DNA from: Nitrospirales bacterium
GTDB taxonomy: Bacteria > Nitrospirota > Nitrospiria > Nitrospirales > UBA8639
Assembly (NCBI GenBank): GCA_965223295.1
Contig: CBDCWC010000003.1
Location: forward strand, 1,280,001 to 1,344,000
Direction: 5' to 3'
DNA length: 64,000 nucleotides
The position numbers were made by a program, and so were the translations under genes. Shown in pieces: positions 21,729 through 30,295 of this stretch (the stretch's first letter is position 1; every line of letters begins with the position of its first letter). The notes under the pieces are model-generated. The model ran no database searches, was not told where the DNA came from, and saw nothing but the letters and a program-made list of their open reading frames with translations.

Positions 21729-22535
21729 ATGCCGGGCTTTTTTCACGCAACCGTTCGACTCTATCACCAATCCCTGCTTGCAGCTCTGCAGTCACTTCAG
21801 CAGAGTTGGATCCTTATTCCTGTCCTGTTGGTGTTCACACTTGGCTTTGTGTTGGTCACCTCACTCATCGCTCCGATGGGAATGGTGGGGGGATTGCTGC
21901 TCGGGGCCGCCAATGCGTTAATTATCGGCTCCACGCTCAGCCTCACCGAAGAAGCTGTTTGTGGTGGAAGACGTTTGCAATGGCAGGATGTTCCTCAGAG
22001 CCTGGGGCAATACTTTTGGGATGTGATCTCTGTAGGATTTCTGGTGTGGTTTCCCTTGCTCTTTCTCGAAATGGGTCTGCAAGCAAACCCTTATCAGCCT
22101 CTGATCGCCTCAGCCGTCTTTTTTCTCATGTTCCTGCTGTTAAACCCAGTCCCTGAAATCATTTATCAAAGCCGAAAAGGATCTGCTTTTGAAATCGTTC
22201 AGGAAAGCTATGAATTTGTCTTGGAAAATTGGATTGAATGGTTTTTGCCGGTCGCGATTGTTCTGGCTCCCTTTGGACTTTCCTTTTTTGGTCAAATTTC
22301 AAGCCAAGCTGGACGCCGAGGTGGCCTAGATTTCTGGTCTCTTATCACCCTACCATTTTCCATCTTGTCTCAATGGCTTTCCCTACTGGGACTTTCCTCT
22401 GAAACCAGTTTTTTTATCGTCCTGATCTTTACCCCCATTGCGGCGGTCTTCACACTACTCTTTCGTGGCCATTTGTTTGCGGCTCTTCATGGATCATCGC
22501 GACGCCAACGAATGTTTCAAAACAGAATGCAATAG
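21729..22535 (+). CDS. Conserved hypothetical multi-pass membrane protein
   Basis: About 6 hydrophobic segments; LNPVPEIIYQ and FVLENWIEWF motifs. Confidence 0.75.
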   Translation: MPGFFHATVRLYHQSLLAALQSLQQSWILIPVLLVFTLGFVLVTSLIAPMGMVGGLLLGAANALIIGSTLSLTEEAVCGGRRLQWQDVPQSLGQYFWDVISVGFLVWFPLLFLEMGLQANPYQPLIASAVFFLMFLLLNPVPEIIYQSRKGSAFEIVQESYEFVLENWIEWFLPVAIVLAPFGLSFFGQISSQAGRRGGLDFWSLITLPFSILSQWLSLLGLSSETSFFIVLIFTPIAAVFTLLFRGHLFAALHGSSRRQRMFQNRMQ

Positions 22536-22719
22536 GAGGGCGGGGGGTAACAAAATTAGGGTTCAGAATGGGAACGAGGGACTCTCTTTCTTGGTATTTG
22601 CTTTACCCCCGAATTTGCTTGTCGCCTTTTCTACCCCATGGTAATATGCCGAACCTTAAACGAGTATTATTCTGTATTGCATATTTACACCTAAGTGATA
22701 TTAACAGACTAAGCATTAC

Positions 22720-22809
22720 GGAGAGGTGCGAGAGTGGCCGAATCGGCGTGATTGGAAATCACGTGTGCCGGCAACGGTACCGTGGGTTCGAACCCCACCC
22801 TCTCCGCCA
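22720..22809 (+). tRNA. tRNA-Ser (anticodon GGA)
   Basis: GGAGAGG acceptor stem, CGTGA-TTGGAAA-TCACG anticodon arm, long variable arm, GGTTCGAAC T-arm, encoded CCA. Confidence 0.97.
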
Positions 22810-22892
22810 TAATGTTTGTCAGAGTAAATTAGTCTAAATGTACTAATTTTCTTTGGAAATCGAACGGAGGATTATTTCCTGGTTATAAATTC

Positions 22893-23231
22893 ATGAAAGA
22901 ATATTTAGTTCTGATTAATGGGGGACAAACTGCGCAAGACAAGATGGCCGAATCAACAAAGCAAGAATACTACGAGAAGTGGGCTAAATTTTTGGACTAT
23001 CTAAAAGAAAAAAATATTTTTGTGAACGGAAACCCCTTGGAAAGAAAAGGAAAAGTCATTTCCAGGATGTTTGACAATCAATCAGATTGGAAATTTGAGA
23101 CAGATGTTTCGACTGGTGGCTATTTCGTTATTCTCGCAGGAAGCTTAGAGGAAGCTGTTTCACATTTTAAAACCTGTCCGGTCTACGAAACAGGTGGGAC
23201 GGTGGTCATTCGGCCGAGTGAAGAAATGTAG
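22893..23231 (+). CDS. YciI family protein
   Basis: MKEYLVL...G.PL...GGYFVI.A.SLEEA...CP...GGTVVIRP pattern; visibly AT-rich. Confidence 0.8.
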   Translation: MKEYLVLINGGQTAQDKMAESTKQEYYEKWAKFLDYLKEKNIFVNGNPLERKGKVISRMFDNQSDWKFETDVSTGGYFVILAGSLEEAVSHFKTCPVYETGGTVVIRPSEEM

Positions 23232-23302
23232 GCCATGCCATTATATAAACAGACTGAAAAAAGGCAGATTCATAATATTATCGAAAATCGATCGTTGATT
23301 TA

Positions 23303-23403
23303 GGGGCTGGGCCCTGTGCAACAAAATCCTGCGAACTCCGCCAGGTCCGGAAGGAAGCAACGGTAAGTGGGCGAGTTTGTGTGCCGCAGGATCACCTGGC
23401 CCC
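23303..23403 (+). ncRNA. ffs: Signal recognition particle RNA (small bacterial SRP)
   Basis: Helix-8 motif CCGCCAGGTCCGGAAGGAAGCAACGG; terminal GGGGCTGGG/CCTGGCCCC pairing; U-run after; upstream of dnaX. Confidence 0.93.
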
Positions 23404-23530
23404 GACTTTTTTAGTGAGAGGTAAGGCGTAAGACGTCAGTGGCCAGAAGAAAAACCGCTAGGTTCTTTCCCGTCTTTGTCCTGACTCCTTACTAAAAAAC
23501 CGCCTTATCATCTTCGAACGGCTTTTTCAC

Positions 23531-25366
23531 ATGGAATTCCAAGTTTCTGCTCGCAAATACCGTCCAACCACCTTCGAAGAAGTGATGGGGCAACCCCATG
23601 TGGTACAGACACTGACCAATGCCATCGCCCGCCAACGAGTGGCTCATGCCTATGTGTTTTCCGGGATGCGCGGGGTGGGGAAAACCACTGTCGCCCGCAT
23701 CCTGGCTAAGTCGCTCAATTGCGAGAAAGGCCCAACCAGTCAGCCTTGTGGCGCCTGTCCGAGCTGTGTGGAAATTACTCGGGGTAGTTCCGTCGATGTG
23801 ATCGAAATAGACGGCGCGTCAAATACAGGTGTGGACGATGTGCGTGAACTGCGGGAAAATGTGAAATTTGCGCCCTTTCATGGCTCCTATCGTGTCTACA
23901 TCATTGACGAAGTCCATATGCTGTCCAACTCGGCATTCAATGCGCTGCTCAAAATATTAGAAGAACCTCCAAGCCATGCGGTCTTTATTTTTGCCACGAC
24001 AGAAGTGCACAAAATTCCTGCCACTATATTGTCACGCTGCCAACACTTTACCTTTCGCAGGATTTCCCGGTTAGAAATTATTTCGCAATTGCGTCATGTG
24101 GCGACCCAAGCTGGTGTGGCTGTAGAGGATCGTAGTTTATCTGTGTTGGCAAGAGCCAGCGAAGGGAGCATGCGGGACGCACTGAGCCTTCTGGATCAAG
24201 CGGTCTCATTCGGTGGGGAAACACTGCAGCATGGAGATTTAGAGGCGCTCATCGGCTCTGTCCCAGATGAACTGGTTCGACAAATGATTGAGGCCATCTT
24301 AGCTCATCAGGCGGCTCAAGCGATGACGCTTATTGGAGAAGTGATTGATCAAGGATTTGATGCCCGCGTGTATTGCCGCGAGATCCTAGAACGGTTCCGG
24401 AACCTTCTGGTGGCCTGCGTCATACCCTCAGCTCAACAGGCCATCAATCTGTTGGAATTGGGTGAAGAAGAAGGCAGGCAAATCATTGAGCAGGCCAAGC
24501 CATGTTCGGAACCCTATTTACAGGCTCTTTTTGCCATATTCTCTCGCACCGAAGACAGTCTTCGCGGAAGTTCCCATCCTCGCTTTCTCATCGAAGCGGC
24601 CGTCGTTCGGGCAGCGCTTGTTGATCCGAATCGTCCTCTTGTCGCAAATGCGGAACCAGCTGCTGCTATGAAACCTCAACCACTACAGAAGCCGAAAACA
24701 TCCGCTACGCTTCCTTCAGTTGGTCAAATGGCTTCTCAGGTCTCACTTACTCCACCGCCTGTTGAAAAATCCCGTACGTTTCAGAAAGCACCCGAACGGA
24801 GCGCACCCTCTATTGGCGCAGCGGCAATGCCTCCTTCCGTGTCTCCGTCAGTAAAGGAGAAGGCCCGTCCTCCACAGCCCGTCAGTCCTCAATCTGAAGA
24901 ATCCCAGCAGTCATTGTCGGGGCCAACGACTTTGGCTTCAAATCAGACAGGGACATTAAACTGGGAACTCGTGGTGAATCGCATGATGACAGACCATCCC
25001 AATATCGGCAGTTTTTTAGAGAAAGGGAGTGTGGTCACGCTGGCATCCGATCATGTCGTGGTTGGCTACCCCAAAAGAGATGCCATTGCCCGATGGCGAA
25101 CGGACAAGCCCGAAAATCGCGCACTCATTGCCAAGGTTTGCGAAGAAATTGCAGGATGTCCCATACGAGTTCAAGTGATTGAATTACAAGATGGACAAAC
25201 CCGTCCTCCATCGATGGGTGAGCTGCGTGCAAAAAAAAAACGAGAAGATGATCAAGATCTGATGCAGCAAGTGAAAGCTCATCCGCTCGTCAAGGAAGCG
25301 TTGGAATTATTCGGTGGGGAATTGGCGTCAGCCCAACGAAATCCCCAAAAAGAGGAGGCCAAGTAA
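23531..25366 (+). CDS. dnaX: DNA polymerase III subunit gamma/tau
   Basis: ARKYRP, GMRGVGKTT, IIDEVHML and ILSRC motifs; Pro-rich linker. Confidence 0.97.
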   Translation: MEFQVSARKYRPTTFEEVMGQPHVVQTLTNAIARQRVAHAYVFSGMRGVGKTTVARILAKSLNCEKGPTSQPCGACPSCVEITRGSSVDVIEIDGASNTGVDDVRELRENVKFAPFHGSYRVYIIDEVHMLSNSAFNALLKILEEPPSHAVFIFATTEVHKIPATILSRCQHFTFRRISRLEIISQLRHVATQAGVAVEDRSLSVLARASEGSMRDALSLLDQAVSFGGETLQHGDLEALIGSVPDELVRQMIEAILAHQAAQAMTLIGEVIDQGFDARVYCREILERFRNLLVACVIPSAQQAINLLELGEEEGRQIIEQAKPCSEPYLQALFAIFSRTEDSLRGSSHPRFLIEAAVVRAALVDPNRPLVANAEPAAAMKPQPLQKPKTSATLPSVGQMASQVSLTPPPVEKSRTFQKAPERSAPSIGAAAMPPSVSPSVKEKARPPQPVSPQSEESQQSLSGPTTLASNQTGTLNWELVVNRMMTDHPNIGSFLEKGSVVTLASDHVVVGYPKRDAIARWRTDKPENRALIAKVCEEIAGCPIRVQVIELQDGQTRPPSMGELRAKKKREDDQDLMQQVKAHPLVKEALELFGGELASAQRNPQKEEAK

Positions 25367-25692
25367 TGTCGAAAAATCCTTTTGCCAACATGGGTAATTT
25401 ACTCAAACAGGCCCAAGAGATGCAGTCGAAAATGGGGAAAATTCAGGAGGAAGCGGCGACGAAAACCGTCGAAGCCTCAACGGGTGGAGGAATGGTTACG
25501 GTTCAAGCCAACGGCGCGATGCAGATTACCAATATCACAATCGATTCTGAAGTACTGAAGTCAGGGGATGCGGATATGCTGAAAGATCTTCTCATCTCTG
25601 CAACCAACGAAGCTCTTCGCAAAGCCAAAGAACTGATGGCAGATGAAATGAAATCCCTCACGGGCGGGCTGGGTATTCCCGGCATGTTTTAA
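25366..25692 (+). CDS. ybaB: YbaB/EbfC nucleoid-associated protein
   Basis: LLKQAQEMQ...GGGMVTV motif; between dnaX and recR. Confidence 0.93.
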   Translation: MSKNPFANMGNLLKQAQEMQSKMGKIQEEAATKTVEASTGGGMVTVQANGAMQITNITIDSEVLKSGDADMLKDLLISATNEALRKAKELMADEMKSLTGGLGIPGMF

Positions 25693-25712
25693 AAACACCA
25701 AATTTGCACATC

Positions 25713-26351
25713 ATGGCAGATAGCAGCATACCAACATCATCCAAATCGAATGGACAGCCTCAAGGGCTGCTTATGCGTCTTACCAGAGAGCTGGTGCGCC
25801 TGCCAGGTATTGGGCAAAAAACCGCCCAGCGGTTGGCCTTTCATCTTATGAAAACAGAGACAGAAGAAGCTCTTCGTTTAGCTGAAGCCATCCGGGAGGT
25901 GAAGGAGAAAATTACCTTCTGTACGCAATGCCGAAATATTGCCGAAGGTCCTCTCTGTGCTATTTGTTTGGACCCCAAACGAGACACGACCAGCATCTTA
26001 GTGGTAGAGGAACCCAGTACACTTCATGCGATTGAACAAAGCCGCGCGTTCCGTGGATTGTATCATGTGCTCTATGGGGCGCTCTCGCCTCTAGATGGTG
26101 TTGGCCCTGCAGACATCCGCACTCATGATTTAGAGAACCGCGTGCAGCAGGGAGGCATTACAGAAGTGATCGTGGCAACGAATCCTACGATTGAGGGAGA
26201 AGCGACTGCGATTTATTTGACCAAACGCCTAAAGCCCCTCGGTGTAAAAGTATCTCGCATTGCCTATGGCATTCCCGTCGGGATGGACATTGAATACGCC
26301 GACGAAGTCACCCTCCTCAAATCAATCGAAGGCCGCCGCGACTTAGGTTAA
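25713..26351 (+). CDS. recR: Recombination mediator RecR
   Basis: LPGIGQKTAQRLA, C4 zinc finger and ATNPTIEGEATA motifs; start set at ATG 25713. Confidence 0.96.
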   Translation: MADSSIPTSSKSNGQPQGLLMRLTRELVRLPGIGQKTAQRLAFHLMKTETEEALRLAEAIREVKEKITFCTQCRNIAEGPLCAICLDPKRDTTSILVVEEPSTLHAIEQSRAFRGLYHVLYGALSPLDGVGPADIRTHDLENRVQQGGITEVIVATNPTIEGEATAIYLTKRLKPLGVKVSRIAYGIPVGMDIEYADEVTLLKSIEGRRDLG

Positions 26352-26370
26352 GCGTCCGTTCAACAATCTT

Positions 26371-26560
26371 GGGTCTGTTGAAAAAAGCCGTCAGCGGCGT
26401 TCTCGCCATTTTTCCATGCTCACATAATGCCAGTATGCTCCGCGCGCAACAATGGCTGCGGCCTTGCTGATCGGACTTTTTGACCCGACCCGAAGCTAAT
26501 GACCTCCAACGTCTTCCTGGCGAAACATGGTCTTCAGTATCCTCATTATTCAACGCTCTC
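26371..26560 (-). mobile_element. MITE family A, full-length copy (190 bp)
   Basis: GGGTCTGTTGAA...TTCAACGCTCTC; perfect 5 bp target duplication ATCTT at 26366-70 and 26561-65. Confidence 0.9.
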
Positions 26561-26590
26561 ATCTTAGGAATCACAACACGATGAAGAAAC

Positions 26591-26638
26591 AAAAAACCGT
26601 TTGAGTCCAAGCTTCTTGCCCAAAAGCAAGCAAACGGT
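26591..26638 (-). terminator. Possible intrinsic terminator after the histone-like gene
   Basis: ACCGTTTG/CAAACGGT stem followed by a T-run on the minus strand; the loop is unusually long. Confidence 0.35.
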
Positions 26639-26647
26639 CCTTTGTTG

Positions 26648-27436
26648 CTAGCGTCTGGCTTGTTGTTCTAGGGCCTGGAATTGGGCAGGGAAGATGCCAA
26701 GCCAAAATCCAATCTGTTGAATTTCTTCACGCCAGTGATGTTCGTAACTTCCTTCCTTCATGGCAAATTTCACTAGGCCCGCGAGCAATTTATTGACTTT
26801 GGGTTCAGCCAGGTTTTCGGCAAAGAGTTTAGGAATCATTAACCCTTGCGATAAACGGAGAAGATTGTCTTTCTCCTGAGCAGGAATGCCTAAATGATGA
26901 AGTGCAGCTCGTAGGCGCGAAAAATCTCTATCATGGTCACGACCTATCGCACAGGCAAAGAGCCCACCGATATTGTAACGTTCCGTCGGTGAAAGTTGGG
27001 ACTCTTTTGATTTTTCTATGCGTTGAGCACGAGGAGCCGATGGGGTTCTGGGATTTTTTAATGGTTTTCTGGTTGGAGTAGGCTGGCGTTTAGTCTTAGA
27101 GGCAGCAATTTTCTTTTTTCGAATACCCTGGTTTAGCTTAACGGGTTTCTTGGCTTTTGGCTTAGAAGCCGTCTTCACGACTTTCTTTTTCGGGGCTGAC
27201 TTTTTTTTCTTTGAAGAAGTTTTTTGAGCTGCTGTTTTCTTTTTCCTGATAATAGCCTTAGCACTTGTTTTTTTCTTGGCCGATGCTTTAGGCACTTTGG
27301 CTTTATTTTTTTTCGTAGCGGATTTAGATGATAGTTTGGTGGTGCCTTTTTTGGTGGTTATCTTTTTCTTTGGAGCCGATTTTTTCTTGAGGGTTTTTTT
27401 GGTCGAGGTATTTCGAACAGGTTTCTTTGAAGCCAT
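26648..27436 (-). CDS. Histone H1-like Lys-rich protein with a helical C-terminal domain
   Basis: First ~140 aa are K/A/S/T/P-rich repeats (KKKSAPKKK); C-terminal ~115 aa are globular. Confidence 0.75.
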   Translation of the reverse strand: MASKKPVRNTSTKKTLKKKSAPKKKITTKKGTTKLSSKSATKKNKAKVPKASAKKKTSAKAIIRKKKTAAQKTSSKKKKSAPKKKVVKTASKPKAKKPVKLNQGIRKKKIAASKTKRQPTPTRKPLKNPRTPSAPRAQRIEKSKESQLSPTERYNIGGLFACAIGRDHDRDFSRLRAALHHLGIPAQEKDNLLRLSQGLMIPKLFAENLAEPKVNKLLAGLVKFAMKEGSYEHHWREEIQQIGFWLGIFPAQFQALEQQARR

Positions 27437-27627
27437 TCACGATCCTTTCTATTTGAATAAACCGATACTTATTCTAGGGCAAAGGAGTTGAGACAAAATG
27501 ATAGCGTGTCTCACGTTTCTCAGCAAGAGAAATTGAAGACTTCTTTATGGTCTTCTCAAAAAATCCAAATGAAAACGAGGCCAAAGGGACAGATGATTGT
27601 CAGCCGGTGGATCAAACGTTGCTTGGT

Positions 27628-27728
27628 GGGAGGTTATAATGGTCGTTCAGCGCAGCCGCAGCAAACGAGGGGGAGAAACGTACATCGAGTCTCTGAGTAA
27701 GCGAGAACCATGCTGACCACCATTCCCC
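27628..27728. repeat. Degenerate relative of the MITE-A core
   Basis: Retains GCCGCAGC and GCGAGAAC..GCTG cores and imperfect inverted ends (ATGGTCGTTCAGC / GCTGACCACCAT). Confidence 0.45.
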
Positions 27729-27734
27729 TAATTG

Positions 27735-28331
27735 CTATGGAGAGACACCGCTTTTTAGGACAATTTCGCAAATATGATCCAGGCGTTCAACATGTTCATA
27801 GGCTGACCAGGGGTCAGGCGCCATGGAACACACGCCATGGTTGGCTTGTCCGACGATATCAAAATCTCCAACTGGGTTGGTGTCTGTCACTCCTAAGGCG
27901 AGTGCAGTAGCCTTGCCTAACTCTGTACTTACCGCTGGCAGGGTTGGAACAGTGGGGCCAATCCTCGTGTAGCGGTAGATTTCCGGAAAGTCGGCGCAGA
28001 TTTTTTGAAGGTCAAAACCTCGATAGATGGCGGCCACAACATTGGTGGCGTGAACATGAACGACGGCTCTGGTTCGGCTCATGCCTTTAGTGAGTAGATA
28101 ATGCATATGCAACTCGCCTGAGGGTTTGGTTCCCGGCGGCACCTCCATCGTTCCATTCTTGATGCGTATTTTGACCATATGCTCAGGATGGATGATAGTT
28201 TTTCGCCATCCTGATGGCGTGATCGATAGATAAATGCTGCGTGCTCTCCGAAGGCTACAATTTCCATCCCGGCTGGTAATCCAGCCTCGGTCATAACATC
28301 GTCGTAACACATCCCCAATAGCTGTAATCAT
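27735..28331 (-). CDS. Class II aldolase/adducin family protein
   Basis: GN.S.R, ITPSG, KPSGELHMH, HVH and NHG metal-binding motifs. Confidence 0.9.
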   Translation of the reverse strand: MITAIGDVLRRCYDRGWITSRDGNCSLRRARSIYLSITPSGWRKTIIHPEHMVKIRIKNGTMEVPPGTKPSGELHMHYLLTKGMSRTRAVVHVHATNVVAAIYRGFDLQKICADFPEIYRYTRIGPTVPTLPAVSTELGKATALALGVTDTNPVGDFDIVGQANHGVCSMAPDPWSAYEHVERLDHICEIVLKSGVSP

Positions 28332-28501
28332 ATGATTTTCTCTCCCGTGTGACGGTTAACCTCTATTTCCCCAAGTGTACCATTCCCCAGCTCTTTCGTC
28401 TCACCCTATCGCATATAGCAGTTCTGGGAGTACGATGCATATAACAGTTGTTCTAAAAATTTTTGGCAAGTTAGCCTGTGTATGAAAAAGGAGGTTGTGT
28501 C

Positions 28502-28972
28502 ATGATTATTCACACGATAAACAGATTTCGGTTGGTGTTGCTAGTCTTAGGGTTTTTGACTCCAGGGATGCTGCTCTTCACGCTGCCAGGTTTGGTTCTG
28601 GCTGATTCTGAAAAGACCAAAGTCTTGTACCATGTGGATGGCAAGGATCCAGATGTGGCCAAGTATGCAATGGCGCTTATCAACAAACATATTGAAGCAG
28701 AGGGAGGGCCGGACAAGATTGACATCGTCCTTGTTGTGCATGGCCCAGCATTGAAATTGTTTGAAAAAGAAACCGTGGACCCTGCGCTGCGTGATAAATT
28801 GAAAGTCATCATTGATAAAGGCGCACAAGCGGAAATGTGTCAGGTGTCCATGAAACTCTTTGGTACGCCTTTGGAAAAATTAGTGGCGGGGTTCAAGCCC
28901 ACTGAGCATCCTGTGGCCGTCAAACGTATCGCGGACTTGCAAAAGGAAGGCTACCTGTATATCAAACCATGA
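28502..28972 (+). CDS. DsrE/DsrF-like family protein with N-terminal signal peptide
   Basis: KVLYHV, IVLVVHGPAL, EMC..S and LQKEGYLYIKP motifs; GGAGG RBS before ATG 28502. Confidence 0.82.
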   Translation: MIIHTINRFRLVLLVLGFLTPGMLLFTLPGLVLADSEKTKVLYHVDGKDPDVAKYAMALINKHIEAEGGPDKIDIVLVVHGPALKLFEKETVDPALRDKLKVIIDKGAQAEMCQVSMKLFGTPLEKLVAGFKPTEHPVAVKRIADLQKEGYLYIKP

Positions 28973-29046
28973 GAGGTGTTGAACGGACCTATGACCAGTG
29001 GTTGAGAGAGAGCATGCTGGAAAGGGTTTCCGCATTTTCTAGTACA

Positions 29047-29976
29047 CTATAGCTGCTGGATGACATATCCTTTTTCGCGAAGAGCTGTGATCAGACCTTC
29101 TTTCCCAAGAAGATGGAGTGCTCCGACCACAATAAAGACCGGTTCATTCTCCTGAAGTGCATGCTCAATATGTGGAAGCCAACTATGATTTCGATTGACC
29201 ACAATTTCTCGGAATAGTTCTGGGTACTCTCGCATTCTATCAAGTAATGCTCCAAGATCTTGAGCGTTCCCTTGTTGCCAGGCCGTGACCATTTTCTGAA
29301 TTTCTCCCTCAAGATCTTTTAGCTCTTCTAATGTCTGCATGAGGAACTGCACCTGAATTGCTAGTGGCAACTGGTTAAAGAGATCCAACTGAAACTCTAC
29401 TGTTTCTAGTCCTTGAATGTGTTTTCCTGCAGCCTCGGCTTTTCTAAAATAGTGACGATCAACACCATATGCATTTTCAAATCCTAACTTTTGAAGCTCT
29501 AAAGCCATAACCGCTGTCGCAGCCATCCAAGGTTTCATCCGATGAAAATCTTCGATCCGCAGTCCTAGTTCCGTTATCTTGTCTCTCACGGTAGAATAAT
29601 TGTTTGGCGACAACACCGTTTGCAAAGTCTGTCCATTGAGATAGAGACCTTTTTGCATCATAGTCATTTGTGCCGTTGGAGAGGAGATCTTATCTAGATC
29701 CACCTCAAAAATGACTCGTGATGATTGATTGAAGGCATCATCAAATGCTTGACCAAGAGGATAATGCTGGCGCTGTAAGACATGGATGGAACCTGCCAGA
29801 TATATCGTATTTTTCGGCGATTGCACTTTCCATAGGATTTGCGGACTCTCGACAACCGAAGTGTCTTGATCACTACCCACTGCCAACGTATGACTAATCC
29901 AGAGCAACCCGAGAAATATGATCAGTACCCGAATGCTACAGCGAACAAGTCCACTCACCTGTGGTTGATATCTCAT
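29047..29976 (-). CDS. TraB/GumN family protein
   Basis: LWKV, YLAGSIH, GLET..FQ, RN..W and VVGALHL.G motifs; signal peptide. Confidence 0.9.
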   Translation of the reverse strand: MRYQPQVSGLVRCSIRVLIIFLGLLWISHTLAVGSDQDTSVVESPQILWKVQSPKNTIYLAGSIHVLQRQHYPLGQAFDDAFNQSSRVIFEVDLDKISSPTAQMTMMQKGLYLNGQTLQTVLSPNNYSTVRDKITELGLRIEDFHRMKPWMAATAVMALELQKLGFENAYGVDRHYFRKAEAAGKHIQGLETVEFQLDLFNQLPLAIQVQFLMQTLEELKDLEGEIQKMVTAWQQGNAQDLGALLDRMREYPELFREIVVNRNHSWLPHIEHALQENEPVFIVVGALHLLGKEGLITALREKGYVIQQL

Positions 29977-30295
29977 GTTGAAACCTCGTTTGGGAGAGAA
30001 AAATCGCGCGTCAACTTCAATTTTTCGGACCGAACGAACAAGAGATTGAGATACTTGCGATGTCAGAGGTTTTCACTTCGACCTTACTGAATCTCTGATA
30101 GCTTAGTCAGACATACCCGGACACGACTGCACCTAATTGACTCGAAAAGTCTATTTATCAAGGTTTTCGCTTGAATGTTATGGTATGTCAAGTTTACTCT
30201 ACGTAGTTAGACTAGACGTTACATCTTCATATGGATCACACAGTACATAGATAGTGTAAGCAAATCCCTAACGAAGCCTTGCTAGGAGGTGAGGT

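Noticed and set aside
22568-22837. 89-aa ORF
   Set aside because: It overlaps tRNA-Ser; its C-terminal half is the translated tRNA
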